Shown: positions 35,446-44,162, counted from the stretch's first letter. The stretch: 64,000 nucleotides of DNA from a virus (IMGVR_UViG_3300033067_001119:10453-74452), one strand, 5' to 3'. Program-made: numbers and translations. The notes: generated by a model not told the origin, from the sequence alone.

Positions 35446-35658
35446 TTAGCCGAACAGGGACGGCAGCAGCTTGGCCTTGGATATACCGGTCGCCTTGCTC
35501 AGCGCCAGCACATACCGGGTCGGAACCGCCTTCCAGCGGGTGACCGCCTGCTTGGAGATGCCGACCATCTCGCCCAGTTGCTTCTTGGTGTACCCGTGGC
35601 CGTCAGGCTTTGGGGCAATAAGCCGCTCGAAGGCGGCCTCGTCAGTCAGTTTTGCCAT
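35446..35658 (-). CDS. Cro/YdaS-like HTH regulator
   Basis: TKKQLGEMVGISKQAVTRWKAVP...LSKATGIS...LLPSLF. Confidence 0.8.
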   Translation of the reverse strand: MAKLTDEAAFERLIAPKPDGHGYTKKQLGEMVGISKQAVTRWKAVPTRYVLALSKATGISKAKLLPSLFG

Positions 35659-35664
35659 TTGGGC

Positions 35665-35693
35665 AACATACCGCCGTTCACGGAATCGGTCAA
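35665..35693 (-). promoter_or_regulatory. leftward promoter giving a near-leaderless cro mRNA
   Basis: TTGACC-N17-TATGTT; predicted +1 falls at about the cro ATG (35658). Confidence 0.55.
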
Positions 35694-35699
35694 CTGAAT

Positions 35700-35766
35700 G
35701 TATACTGGCGTTGACAACACCATCAGGGTGGAGTACACACGTTGTTGACCGGAGCCATGGGGGCTC
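35700..35766 (+). promoter_or_regulatory. rightward promoter plus GAGCC-N5-GGCTC hairpin (copy 4 of 4)
   Basis: GTATAC-TGGCG-TTGACA-N17-TACACA then GAGCCATGGGGGCTC and GGAGG RBS. Confidence 0.6.
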
Positions 35767-35779
35767 GGAGGAACATCGC

Positions 35780-36124
35780 ATGACAAACCTTCAAGACCTT
35801 CGCACCGCCTACGACACCGCTAAGTCCGCCCACCTTACTGCGCAGGCGCTGGAGCGTGATACGCGCCGAGATGCTTATAACGCCGGGGTGGCGCTTACCA
35901 CTGCCGCCTGCGAGGCGGTGAGGCCTCACTTCACCGAAAACACCGTCTTTACCCGCCGAAGCGGGAAGGAAATCATGATTGTTGGGTTCCGCTCCAACGT
36001 CTGGAATCCCGACCTGATCTTGGCCGTCTATGTCGAGCGGATCAAATCCGGCGCTTGGGGAAAGACTCGGAACACCAGTTCGGTCGTCTGGAATTTCGAA
36101 ACAAACTCTTGGGTCGAACAGTGA
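35780..36124 (+). CDS. hypothetical protein
   Basis: ATG after GGAGG; first gene of the rightward operon. Confidence 0.65.
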   Translation: MTNLQDLRTAYDTAKSAHLTAQALERDTRRDAYNAGVALTTAACEAVRPHFTENTVFTRRSGKEIMIVGFRSNVWNPDLILAVYVERIKSGAWGKTRNTSSVVWNFETNSWVEQ

Positions 36125-36214
36125 TCGCCCGCCTCCTCGAATACACCTGCTACGCCATCATCTTTGGCGGCGTGGCTTTCCTCTGGATCGCAACACCCGC
36201 AGGGATGCAGTGAG

Positions 36215-36640
36215 ATGACCTACTTCGTAAAATCGCGGTCCGGGCGCGACCTTTTTAAGTCGCAGTTCTCAACTGCCAAGGAGGCTCTTGAAGAAGCCGT
36301 TAAGGGCGGCGCGTACCTCCGCGACGCGGACCTCAGCGGCGCGTACCTCCGCGGCGCGGACCTCCGCGGCGCGGACCTCCGCGGCGCGGACCTCAGCGGC
36401 GCGGACCTCGGCAAGCAGTGGATAGTACAGGGGACAACTCGCAGCGACGGTTACGCATTTTCCCTTCAAAAACTGAGGGAGGACAAAGAGCCAATGGTGA
36501 AAGCCGGGTGTCGCTATTTTACTCTGGGGGAGGCTCACGCCCACTGGGAAGCTACACGCAAGGGTCAGAAACTTCTCGAAGAGACCAGAGAGATCGTTCG
36601 CTGCATGGTCAACATTGCTCACATTCGAGGGCTGATCTGA
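36215..36640 (+). CDS. pentapeptide-repeat protein
   Basis: A(D/Y)L(R/S)G repeats; C-terminal [13 protein letters not shown]. Confidence 0.85.
   Translation: MTYFVKSRSGRDLFKSQFSTAKEALEEAVKGGAYLRDADLSGAYLRGADLRGADLRGADLSGADLGKQWIVQGTTRSDGYAFSLQKLREDKEPMVKAGCRYFTLGEAHAHWEATRKGQKLLEETREIVRCMVNIAHIRGLI
36308..36412 (+). repeat. 7 tandem 15-nt units encoding pentapeptide repeats
   Basis: ggcgcg(g/t)acctc(c/a)gc-type units. Confidence 0.9.
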
Positions 36641-36834
36641 TGCCTGCCCTCTGGATCACCATCGACGACATTGACGGGAAGAGCGTGGTCAAGGGCCCGC
36701 TCTATCCCGACGAGATCGACACCATGGGCATGCTCATGCGGCTGTCCCGCGGTGACATCGCCACCATCACCTTCACCAATGCGTCGCCGTTGGCGCAGAT
36801 GAAGGCCAAGCTGGAGACCAAGCCCGATGTCTGA
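36640..36834 (+). CDS. hypothetical protein
   Basis: Coupled 64-aa ORF. Confidence 0.5.
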   Translation: MPALWITIDDIDGKSVVKGPLYPDEIDTMGMLMRLSRGDIATITFTNASPLAQMKAKLETKPDV

Positions 36835-37729
36835 CACCTTCAACCCACGCGCCGTCCCCGGCGGCAACCAAGCCCCGGACTATGCCCAGCTTGAAGCCGA
36901 GCGCCTCGCCTCCGACTATGTCGGGCTCACGAGCGCACTGGACGAGCTGCTGGCGGAGGCTGCCGCCTTTCCCCCGGGCGTCAACGACGACGCCGAGGCG
37001 TTGGCGCGCGGGGCCATGATCAAGAAGCTCCGGGACCTCGACAGCCGCGCCGAGGGCGTCCGGGTGCTGGAGAAGGAGCCCCACCTGCGCCGCGGCAACG
37101 CGGTCGACAGCTTCTTCAACGTGCTCCGCGACAAGATCGGCAAGCGCAACAAGAACGACCGCTCCGCCAAGCCGGGTGCCATCGACATCCTGCAGGGCGA
37201 CATCAACGACTACCAGAACCGGAAGATCGCCGAGGAGCGCGCCCGGCAGGAGGCTGCGCGCCGGGAGGCCGAGCGCGTCGCCCGGGAGGCCGAGGAACAG
37301 GCCCGTAAAGCCGCAGCGGAGGCCGCTGAGAGGGTTGCCGCTGCCGAGCGGGCTAGGAAGGCCGAGAACATTGCCGCGCGCCAGCAGGAGGCGGACGAGC
37401 AGCTGAGGGCCGCCGACATGGCGAAGGCCGAGGCTGAGCGCACCGCCGCTCGGGCCGAGGAGGCCCGTCTGGCCTCCCTCGCCAAGCCCTCCGACATCGC
37501 CCGGGTCCGCGGCAGTGACGCGAGTGGTGCAGGCGTCCTGCTGACCGTGGGGCAGGAGCCCTACGCCATGCTGGTCGACCGCGCCAAGGTGAACATGGAG
37601 TTGTTGCGCCCCTACTTCACCGACGCCGAGATCGAGAAGGCGCTGCGTGGCTGGGCCAAGGCCACCGGGCACCGTGTCGCAATGGAGGGGGCCGAGATCG
37701 GCCACCGCAACAAGGGAGTGACCCGATGA
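36827..37729 (+). CDS. coiled-coil recombination-module protein
   Basis: 300 aa, A/E/R-rich coil, upstream of ERF and exonuclease genes. Confidence 0.6.
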   Translation: MSDTFNPRAVPGGNQAPDYAQLEAERLASDYVGLTSALDELLAEAAAFPPGVNDDAEALARGAMIKKLRDLDSRAEGVRVLEKEPHLRRGNAVDSFFNVLRDKIGKRNKNDRSAKPGAIDILQGDINDYQNRKIAEERARQEAARREAERVAREAEEQARKAAAEAAERVAAAERARKAENIAARQQEADEQLRAADMAKAEAERTAARAEEARLASLAKPSDIARVRGSDASGAGVLLTVGQEPYAMLVDRAKVNMELLRPYFTDAEIEKALRGWAKATGHRVAMEGAEIGHRNKGVTR

Positions 37730-38208
37730 AGCGCCCCCACATCCCGTTGACCGTCCGCGTCGCTGTCGCCGAGCGTCAAGTCCGCGCCACCGGCAGCATC
37801 TTCTGGCCCCTGTACCTGTCCGCCATGGACAAGGACAGCGGCCTGACGGAGCCGTGGTCGCTGACGCGCCGCCTGCGGGTGCTGCTGAACGAGTTGTTCG
37901 CGGACCAGCCCTTCCAGCTGGATCACGACCCGGCGCTGGTGCTGCGCAAGTTCAACAGGCGCACCGGCAAGTACACCCCGGACGCCAACAACCCGGACTA
38001 TCTGGTCTACCGCACCACGGCAGACCACCAGCAGAAGACGACCGGCCGCAAGCCGGGCGCGCTGAAGACCATCACCACCAAGGGCTCCGACATCGGCCTG
38101 AAGACCAAGTTCGCCCGGCTGGAGCGGAAGACGAGAAAGCGCAAGCAGAAGATCGCTTCGCGCCCCTTCCCCAAGACCCGGAGGAAGATCAATGCCAAGA
38201 AAAAGTAA
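37726..38208 (+). CDS. degenerate HNH-like nuclease
   Basis: QLDHDPAL...DANNPDYL...DHQQKT with a basic tail. Confidence 0.5.
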   Translation: MKRPHIPLTVRVAVAERQVRATGSIFWPLYLSAMDKDSGLTEPWSLTRRLRVLLNELFADQPFQLDHDPALVLRKFNRRTGKYTPDANNPDYLVYRTTADHQQKTTGRKPGALKTITTKGSDIGLKTKFARLERKTRKRKQKIASRPFPKTRRKINAKKK

Positions 38209-38695
38209 CCGCCCTCTACGGGAATACGAGGTCGAGCAGCGCAAGGCTGGGTTTGCCGGGGCGCGCATGGCTATCGAGGACAGGTCGCGGGCTCTCGCCG
38301 ACATTGCCAAGGTGATCGGCACGCATCGCCACACTATCACCATGGCGCTGGCTGTTCTCAGCCATGGCACGTCGGAGGAAATCGCGGCTACCGAAAGCGG
38401 GATGGCTCCGCTGCGCGCCACCTACACCGCCATCATGAAGCGGGTGCCTCCGGAGGAGCGCCGGTCGACCATCCGCAAGCCAGCGCAAACCGAAAACGTC
38501 CTCGGCGCGCGTGAAATAGACGCCGGGGTCTGGAAAAACCTGCGTGCGGCAATAGAGGCCGTGCAGTCGCTGCCGAGCCCGAAGGATACCGCGGCGTCGG
38601 TGCGCCGGAACGCAATGCGGACCGAATATATCAGTCGAAACCTCCTCGTCGCGCTGACGTGGATCACGGAGTTCTCCGATGAAATCACCCGATAA
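38192..38695 (+). CDS. hypothetical protein, possible HTH
   Basis: 167-aa coupled ORF. Confidence 0.55.
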   Translation: MPRKSNRPLREYEVEQRKAGFAGARMAIEDRSRALADIAKVIGTHRHTITMALAVLSHGTSEEIAATESGMAPLRATYTAIMKRVPPEERRSTIRKPAQTENVLGAREIDAGVWKNLRAAIEAVQSLPSPKDTAASVRRNAMRTEYISRNLLVALTWITEFSDEITR

Positions 38696-39515
38696 GACGC
38701 CGCCCAAGATCGTCACGCTGACGGTCGAGGATGCTGTGGCGCTGTTGGAATCCAACACGCTCAACCGGCCGCTGAACGACCAGCACGTCAAGCGAATTGC
38801 CCGCCAGATCATGGATGGCAAGTGGCGCTTCAATGGCGACACCATCAAGATCAGCAGAAAGCGCTCGATCCTCGATGGGCAGCATCGGCTGTGGGCGATC
38901 ATCGAGGCGAAGACGCCGGTCCAGACCATCGTTGTCTACGACATCGAGGAGGAGGCCTTCGCCACCATCGACACCATCCGCAAGCCCCGTTCCGGCTCCG
39001 ACATCCTCACGCTGATCGGTGCCAAGAACAACCGCAGCACAATCTCGGTCGGGCTGCAGTGGCTGATCCGCTGGCAGCGCAAGACGCTGGAGGAATACCG
39101 CGCGCCGCAGAACCGGCTGGAAAACAGCGACATCGAGGAGGCCTTCAAGAACAACCCCGGCATCGCCCGCGCTGCTGAAGTAGCAAGCCGCCTGCGCGGG
39201 GTCGCAAACCCCGGCCTCCTGTGCTTTTTCTACTTCATCCTGACCAACAGGAACCCTGACTTGGCCGAGCGGTTCATCCATACTATGGCCAACCCCGCCG
39301 GTGCCGGGATCAATGATCCTTTCTTCCGGCTCCGGAGCTATTTCATGAGCCGGGACCGCAAGGATCACCTTGTCTCGATTGCCCTGATGATCAAGGCCTC
39401 CAATGCTGCGTATGAGGACCGGGAGGTGAAGCTGCTCACATGGAAGAATCAAGGCTCCAGCGCAGAGCCATTCCCCAAGCTCAACGTCGGGCACTCAGAC
39501 GTCAACCATCGATAG
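38679..39515 (+). CDS. ParB-like (DGQHR-type) domain protein
   Basis: NRPLNDQHV...GKWRFNGDTI...LDGQHRLWAI. Confidence 0.7.
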   Translation: MKSPDKTPPKIVTLTVEDAVALLESNTLNRPLNDQHVKRIARQIMDGKWRFNGDTIKISRKRSILDGQHRLWAIIEAKTPVQTIVVYDIEEEAFATIDTIRKPRSGSDILTLIGAKNNRSTISVGLQWLIRWQRKTLEEYRAPQNRLENSDIEEAFKNNPGIARAAEVASRLRGVANPGLLCFFYFILTNRNPDLAERFIHTMANPAGAGINDPFFRLRSYFMSRDRKDHLVSIALMIKASNAAYEDREVKLLTWKNQGSSAEPFPKLNVGHSDVNHR

Positions 39516-39523
39516 GAAACGCC

Positions 39524-40375
39524 ATGGACGTAAACACCGAATCCACTACACCTAAGCCGAAGAAGGCCGTCGCCAAGAAGGCCGCAACCCGCGCTGTCTC
39601 AACAGAGGTGCGGGCAACTCCGCCTGTTACGCTGGATCAGCAGATCGTTCTGGCTGCCGCCGATCCGCGCGTAGACGTCGCCAAGATGAAGGAGCTGACC
39701 ACGCTCCGCCGTCAGCTGCGCATGGAGGAGGCCGAGGAGACCTTCAAGCATGCGCTGGCCGAGGCGCAGCGCGAGATGCGGCCCATCGAGGCTGACGCCA
39801 ACAACCCCTCCACCCACAGCAAATACGCGACCCTCTATGCGGTCGACAAGGCGCTGCGGCCGATCTATTCGCGGCACGGGCTGTCGATCAGTTTCAACAC
39901 CGCGGACTGCCCGCTGCCGGGCCACACCCGGGTGCTTGCCTACGTCGAGCGTGGGCTGTTCACGCGCGAGTACCAGTACGACGTTGCCGTAGATGCGAAG
40001 GGTCCAAAGGGCAACGACGTCATGAACAAGACGCACGCCGGAGGCTCTGCTTTGTCCTACGGCAAGCGCTACCTGCTGCTGATGATCTTCAACGTCACTA
40101 TCGGCGATCCCGGCCGCCGCGCCGACGACGACGGCAACGCCGCCGGTGGCATCGAGGTCATCACCAAGAAGCAGGCTGAGGAGATCACGCGACTGCTGAA
40201 GGAGGCCAAGGGTGATCCGGTGAAATTCTGTACCGCCTTCGGCGTCCCCAGCATCGAGAGCCTTCCTGCCAGCAGTTTTGCTGACGCCAAGGGCCGCATC
40301 GCCGCCTTCAAGAAGGTGCGCGAGTTGCGCGAGAAGGAAACAGCCTCTGACTTCCCGGGAGACAGGCCGCTATGA
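39524..40375 (+). CDS. erf: ERF-family single-strand annealing protein
   Basis: HSKYATL.AVDKALRPIYSRHGL...HAGGSALSYGKRYLL.MIFN...DDDGN. Confidence 0.85.
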   Translation: MDVNTESTTPKPKKAVAKKAATRAVSTEVRATPPVTLDQQIVLAAADPRVDVAKMKELTTLRRQLRMEEAEETFKHALAEAQREMRPIEADANNPSTHSKYATLYAVDKALRPIYSRHGLSISFNTADCPLPGHTRVLAYVERGLFTREYQYDVAVDAKGPKGNDVMNKTHAGGSALSYGKRYLLLMIFNVTIGDPGRRADDDGNAAGGIEVITKKQAEEITRLLKEAKGDPVKFCTAFGVPSIESLPASSFADAKGRIAAFKKVRELREKETASDFPGDRPL

Positions 40376-40983
40376 GCATGGAGATCATCGACTGCGAGCA
40401 GGGCTCGGAGGAGTGGTTCCGAGCCCGCATGGGCCTCCCCACAGCTAGTCAGTTCGCCACGGTAATGGCGCGCGGCAAAGGCGGCGGCGAGAGCCTCACG
40501 CGCCGCAAATACATGCTGCAGCTGGCTGGTGAAATCCTCACCGGCGAGCCGATGGAGAGCTACAGCAACGCCCATATGGAGCGCGGCAAGGAGATGGAGG
40601 AGCAGGCGCGCAACCTGTACTCCTTCCAGACCAACTACGATCTCCAGCGGGTGGGCTTCATCCGCAATGGCAAGAAGGGATGCAGTCCCGATGCTCTTGT
40701 CGCAGCCAACGGCATGGTGGAGATCAAGACCACGCTGCCGCACCTGCTGATTGACATTTTTCTACGCGGGGAATTTCCACCCGAGCATAGACACCAGTGT
40801 CAAGGAGGGCTATGGATAGCCGAAAGAGAGTGGATCGACATAGCAATCTTTTGGCCAAAGATGCCGCTCTACACCCAAAGAATCCACCGAGACGAGGTTT
40901 TCATCTCAGCGTTGGCCGTGGCGGTAGATGAGTTCAACGACGAGTTGGCCGACGTAGTTCAGAGGATGCGGAGCCATGGCTAG
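40372..40983 (+). CDS. YqaJ/lambda-exonuclease family nuclease
   Basis: EQGSEEWFRARMG.PTAS, HMERGKEME, GCSPDAL, VEIK, QCQGGLW. Confidence 0.9.
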   Translation: MSMEIIDCEQGSEEWFRARMGLPTASQFATVMARGKGGGESLTRRKYMLQLAGEILTGEPMESYSNAHMERGKEMEEQARNLYSFQTNYDLQRVGFIRNGKKGCSPDALVAANGMVEIKTTLPHLLIDIFLRGEFPPEHRHQCQGGLWIAEREWIDIAIFWPKMPLYTQRIHRDEVFISALAVAVDEFNDELADVVQRMRSHG

Positions 40984-41557
40984 ATCGTGTTCAGTTACCG
41001 ACTGCGAAGGAGCCTACGAAGCTAAGGGCTTTTGCGCCAAACACTACAAGCGATGGAAGCAGCACGGGGACCCAAGCCTCACCTTGATAAAATCCACCCC
41101 CCGTGGGGCACCGATGGCTTTCATAGAGAGGTGCTTAACACACGAAGGGAATGACTGTCTTGTTTGGCCATTCAATCGATGTGGGCGCAGTGGCATTCCG
41201 CAAATAACGATTAGTCGAACCACACGAAGCCCCGCTCGCATTATCTGTGAGAAAGTTTATGGACCTCCACCGACACCCAAGCACGAGGCCGCGCATAGCT
41301 GCGGGAACAGCCACCTCGGATGCGTCAACCGTAACCACATCCGCTGGGCCACCCACGCCGAAAATGAGATGGACAAACGGAAGCACGGCACCGCTCCCAT
41401 CGGGGAAGCTCACGGCATGGCTAAAATAACCGACGAGATTGCTCTGGAGATTATCCATTCAAAAGAAAGCCTCACCAAAGTCAGCGCTAGATTCGGGATC
41501 AGCTATGGCACCGCTGGGAAAATTCGCCGCCGCGAAAAATGGAAACATCTAGGATGA
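40976..41557 (+). CDS. HNH homing endonuclease
   Basis: CSVTDC...FCAKHY; EAAHSCGN..LGCVNRNHIRWATHAEN; lower GC. Confidence 0.85.
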   Translation: MARSCSVTDCEGAYEAKGFCAKHYKRWKQHGDPSLTLIKSTPRGAPMAFIERCLTHEGNDCLVWPFNRCGRSGIPQITISRTTRSPARIICEKVYGPPPTPKHEAAHSCGNSHLGCVNRNHIRWATHAENEMDKRKHGTAPIGEAHGMAKITDEIALEIIHSKESLTKVSARFGISYGTAGKIRRREKWKHLG

Positions 41558-42072
41558 CCCAGCCCCCTCGCCATTTCCGCTTCGTCTGGAAGGATGGAGT
41601 GTTCGTGCCCTACGGCACCCGCCTCGCCGTCTATTGCGATCAGCAGTTCGGCGAGGGCGAGATCATCACGTTCGAGCGTCACGAGGAGCGCTCGACCGCC
41701 AGCCATAATCACTACTTCGCCTCTATCAACGAGGCGTGGCAGAACCTGCCCGAGGGCGACGAGCGCTTTCCCACACCGGAGGCCCTGCGCAAATGGGCGC
41801 TGATCCGATCCGGTTACTGCACCGAGAAGACGGTAGTGCTGAAGACGTCGGAGGAGGCGCAGGCGGTCGCCGCCTTCATGGGCAGCGCCGAAGGCACCGT
41901 TGTTGTCGTCCGCGACAACGTCGTGAAGCGCTACACGGCCAAGTCGCAGTCGGTGAAGTCGATGAACAAGGAAGAGTTTCAGCGCTCCAAGGTAGATGTG
42001 CTCGACACCATCGCCGAGCTGCTGGAGGTGAAGCGCAAGGAGCTGGAGAAGATCGCGGGGAGGGTGGCGTGA
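41554..42072 (+). CDS. NinB/Orf-like recombination protein
   Basis: ERSTASHNHYFA...EALRKW...SQSVKSMNKEEF pattern; located in the recombination operon. Confidence 0.55.
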   Translation: MTQPPRHFRFVWKDGVFVPYGTRLAVYCDQQFGEGEIITFERHEERSTASHNHYFASINEAWQNLPEGDERFPTPEALRKWALIRSGYCTEKTVVLKTSEEAQAVAAFMGSAEGTVVVVRDNVVKRYTAKSQSVKSMNKEEFQRSKVDVLDTIAELLEVKRKELEKIAGRVA

Positions 42073-42236
42073 CCGTCTCACTTTTTAATCTTTTCTCCAA
42101 ACTGCCCAGCGTGGCATGCTTCGTCAGCGCCGGTGTGCTCGCTTATGCCGACAAGCCTTGGTTTGTCTGGGGAGCGTTCCTATTCGTTGGGTGGGGCGTA
42201 TTCACCACGGTCACGACAGGCAAGGACGGCAAATGA
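42069..42236 (+). CDS. small membrane protein
   Basis: GTG start, two hydrophobic segments. Confidence 0.45.
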   Translation: MTVSLFNLFSKLPSVACFVSAGVLAYADKPWFVWGAFLFVGWGVFTTVTTGKDGK

Positions 42237-42388
42237 GCTGGTTCATCATGCTGATGGTGTCGGGGCGGCTGATGTACATCGGCCCGTTCTCCGAGACTGA
42301 ATGCAAGGCAACCAAGCAGACCATCTTCAGCGACACCACCGCCCTGTGCGTCGAGAGGAGGATCATCGATGTCAGACGTCCGGCCTAA
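42233..42388 (+). CDS. small hypothetical protein
   Basis: Coupled 51-aa ORF. Confidence 0.4.
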   Translation: MSWFIMLMVSGRLMYIGPFSETECKATKQTIFSDTTALCVERRIIDVRRPA

Positions 42389-42662
42389 GCTGGCACAAGC
42401 GATCTGGTCCGGCGTACCGGTAACGGGGCGCTATGAGGCAGACATCGTCAACACTCTGCTGGGCGGCTGGTCCCGTCACGAGATCGACAAGGCACTCAAA
42501 TGGCTGGTCGAGCGTGGCCACCTGCGGAGGTGCGGCGACGCCGTGCGCCCGCTCTACGCTCGCCCGGAACGGAGCATCCGGTACGACAACATCCGCCCGC
42601 TCCACGGCATGACTGCCGCGCTGCTGGCCATGCATTCCAACTTCACGGAGGATAGAAGATGA
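42369..42662 (+). CDS. hypothetical protein, possible winged helix
   Basis: 97 aa after GAGGAGG. Confidence 0.5.
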   Translation: MSDVRPKLAQAIWSGVPVTGRYEADIVNTLLGGWSRHEIDKALKWLVERGHLRRCGDAVRPLYARPERSIRYDNIRPLHGMTAALLAMHSNFTEDRR

Positions 42663-43057
42663 GTTCGCTGCAAATGACCCTGTCAGAACAGGTCGACCGT
42701 CTCGTTGCCGAGAACCAGCACCTGCGCGTTAAGTCCGAGAACGACGACAAGACCATTCACCTGCTGAAGGAGCAGTACACGCTGCTCGCCGATCAAGTGG
42801 ACGGCATCAACGCCCGCGCCGAGCGTGAGATCGAGCGCTCCCGCACCATCGCTCGCGACTCCATCATGAACATGCAGATCGACCGGGATCAGGCTCAGGT
42901 CGCCTACCGGGAGATCGAGAGCCTGCTGCTGCAGGCGACCGATACCATCACGCAAGCGCTGCGGGCGCGCGTAGGAAACGAGACGCCAGAGAAAATGCCA
43001 GCAGCAGACCTGCCGCATATTCAGGACGACAGGCTCCCGGCCGTCAGCGTCGGCTGA
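42659..43057 (+). CDS. coiled-coil hypothetical protein
   Basis: 132-aa coupled ORF. Confidence 0.6.
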   Translation: MSSLQMTLSEQVDRLVAENQHLRVKSENDDKTIHLLKEQYTLLADQVDGINARAEREIERSRTIARDSIMNMQIDRDQAQVAYREIESLLLQATDTITQALRARVGNETPEKMPAADLPHIQDDRLPAVSVG

Positions 43058-43060
43058 AAC

Positions 43061-43099
43061 AAAAAACCCGCCACGACCAGTCAAGGTCGGGCGGGTTTT
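43061..43099. terminator. bidirectional rho-independent terminator
   Basis: AAAAAA-CCCGCC-ACGACC...GGTCG-GGCGGG-TTTT between convergent operons. Confidence 0.75.
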
Positions 43100-43103
43100 G
43101 TAT

Positions 43104-43174
43104 TGGCACCGGTGCAAGGTACTGCCCCCTGCGTCACGGGTTTGGAGTCCGCATAGCGCCTTGCGCCCACCGGT
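43104..43174 (-). tRNA. tRNA-Trp(CCA), short D-arm
   Basis: Loop CT-CCA-AA; encoded CCA. Confidence 0.85.
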
Positions 43175-43177
43175 AAT

Positions 43178-43251
43178 TGGTACTGCCTGATGGTTACGCT
43201 CCATCGTGTCGCGGTCCACAGCCGCGCGCTCTGCTATTGAGCTAAGGCAGC
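43178..43251 (-). tRNA. tRNA-His(GTG), G1-U72/A73, no G-1
   Basis: Loop CT-GTG-GA. Confidence 0.9.
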
Positions 43252-43257
43252 ATGAAA

Positions 43258-43328
43258 TGGTCCCGAAGCCCTGTGTCGATCAGGGCTGGCAGCCGTATGA
43301 AAGCTGCGTCCTCGCCGGAGGCATCGGG
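43258..43328 (-). tRNA. tRNA-Met or Ile2 (CAT), short D-arm
   Basis: Loop TT-CAT-AC. Confidence 0.7.
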
Positions 43329-43329
43329 A

Positions 43330-43400
43330 TGGCAGCGGCACACAGTGTCGAACTGTGCTCTCAGGTTTCAAAGACCCAATCCCTCACCGGAGGTGCCGCA
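43330..43400 (-). tRNA. tRNA-Gln(TTG)
   Basis: Loop CT-TTG-AA. Confidence 0.8.
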
Positions 43401-43405
43401 TCAAA

Positions 43406-43481
43406 TGGTAGAGCCTGCGGGTGCTGCCCCCGCTTCCCCGCTTTGAAAGAGCAGGCATCCTAGCTGGTAGACGAAGGCTCC
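43406..43481 (-). tRNA. tRNA-Glu(TTC)
   Basis: Loop CT-TTC-AA. Confidence 0.85.
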
Positions 43482-43482
43482 G

Positions 43483-43557
43483 TGGAGCAGGCAGGGAGAA
43501 TCGAACTCCCTTGGAACGCCTTGGAAGGGCGACGACCAGCCAATGGCCCATACCTGC
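43483..43557 (-). tRNA. tRNA-Gly(TCC)
   Basis: Loop CT-TCC-AA. Confidence 0.9.
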
Positions 43558-43598
43558 GTAATTCGCAATTCGCCGCGAATTACGGCGAATTGCGGAAT

Positions 43599-43686
43599 TG
43601 GCGGAAGGCCGGAGACACGATCACCACACCGTTGCCAGTGCCATGCCCTTAGCAGGGGCCGCCAGCGCCTCGCTGGTTGACCTTCC
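43599..43686 (-). tRNA. tRNA-Ser(GCT), long variable arm
   Basis: Loop CT-GCT-AA; G73. Confidence 0.85.
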
Positions 43687-43688
43687 AT

Positions 43689-43765
43689 TGGTGCCCACGG
43701 GAAGATTCGAACTCCCCTAGTCCAGCTACGGTACCCCGCTTAGGAGGCGGGGCCGGTACGTGGGC
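43689..43765 (-). tRNA. atypical tRNA-Arg(CCT) lacking a D-arm at the normal position
   Basis: 7-bp acceptor, loop CT-CCT-AA, canonical T-loop, ~17-nt insert before the T-arm. Confidence 0.55.
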
Positions 43766-43769
43766 AAAT

Positions 43770-43846
43770 TGGAGCCCCGAGGGTGAGTCGAACACCCGCC
43801 GGATCGCGTTTAGAAGACGCGCGCTCTTCCGCTGAGCTATCGGGGC
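43770..43846 (-). tRNA. tRNA-Arg(TCT)
   Basis: Loop CT-TCT-AA. Confidence 0.9.
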
Positions 43847-43848
43847 AT

Positions 43849-43922
43849 TGGAGATGCGAGCGCGAGTCGAACGCGCTTCCTCGGCTTTGCAGGCCGGTCC
43901 ATGGCCGTTCTGGCATCGCATC
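43849..43922 (-). tRNA. tRNA-Cys(GCA)
   Basis: Loop CT-GCA-AA; U73. Confidence 0.9.
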
Positions 43923-43926
43923 ATGT

Positions 43927-43996
43927 TGGCTGCGGACGAGGGTCTCGAACCCGCTTCACCCGGTTCAGAGCCGGGCTTACTCCCTGAGTATCCGCA
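43927..43996 (-). tRNA. tRNA-Gln(CTG), short D-arm
   Basis: Loop CT-CTG-AA. Confidence 0.85.
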
Positions 43997-43999
43997 AAA

Positions 44000-44076
44000 T
44001 GGTCTGGATGGCAGGCTTCGATCCTGCGGCCCCTCGCTTCCGAAGCGAGTGCTCTTCCGGGCTGAGCTACATCCAG
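44000..44076 (-). tRNA. tRNA-Pro(CGG)
   Basis: Loop TT-CGG-AA. Confidence 0.9.
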
Positions 44077-44081
44077 ATGAA

Positions 44082-44158
44082 TGGTGATCCCGCGAGGATT
44101 CGAACCCCGACCTCCCAGATTCGTAGTCTGGCGCATTATCCAGTTGTGCTACGGGACC
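44082..44158 (-). tRNA. tRNA-Arg(ACG)
   Basis: Loop CT-ACG-AA. Confidence 0.9.
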
Positions 44159-44162
44159 GTTT

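Noticed and set aside
36308-36412. Tandem 15-nt repeats as a possible CRISPR array or VNTR switch
   Set aside because: There are no spacers, and the units are in-frame pentapeptide codons.
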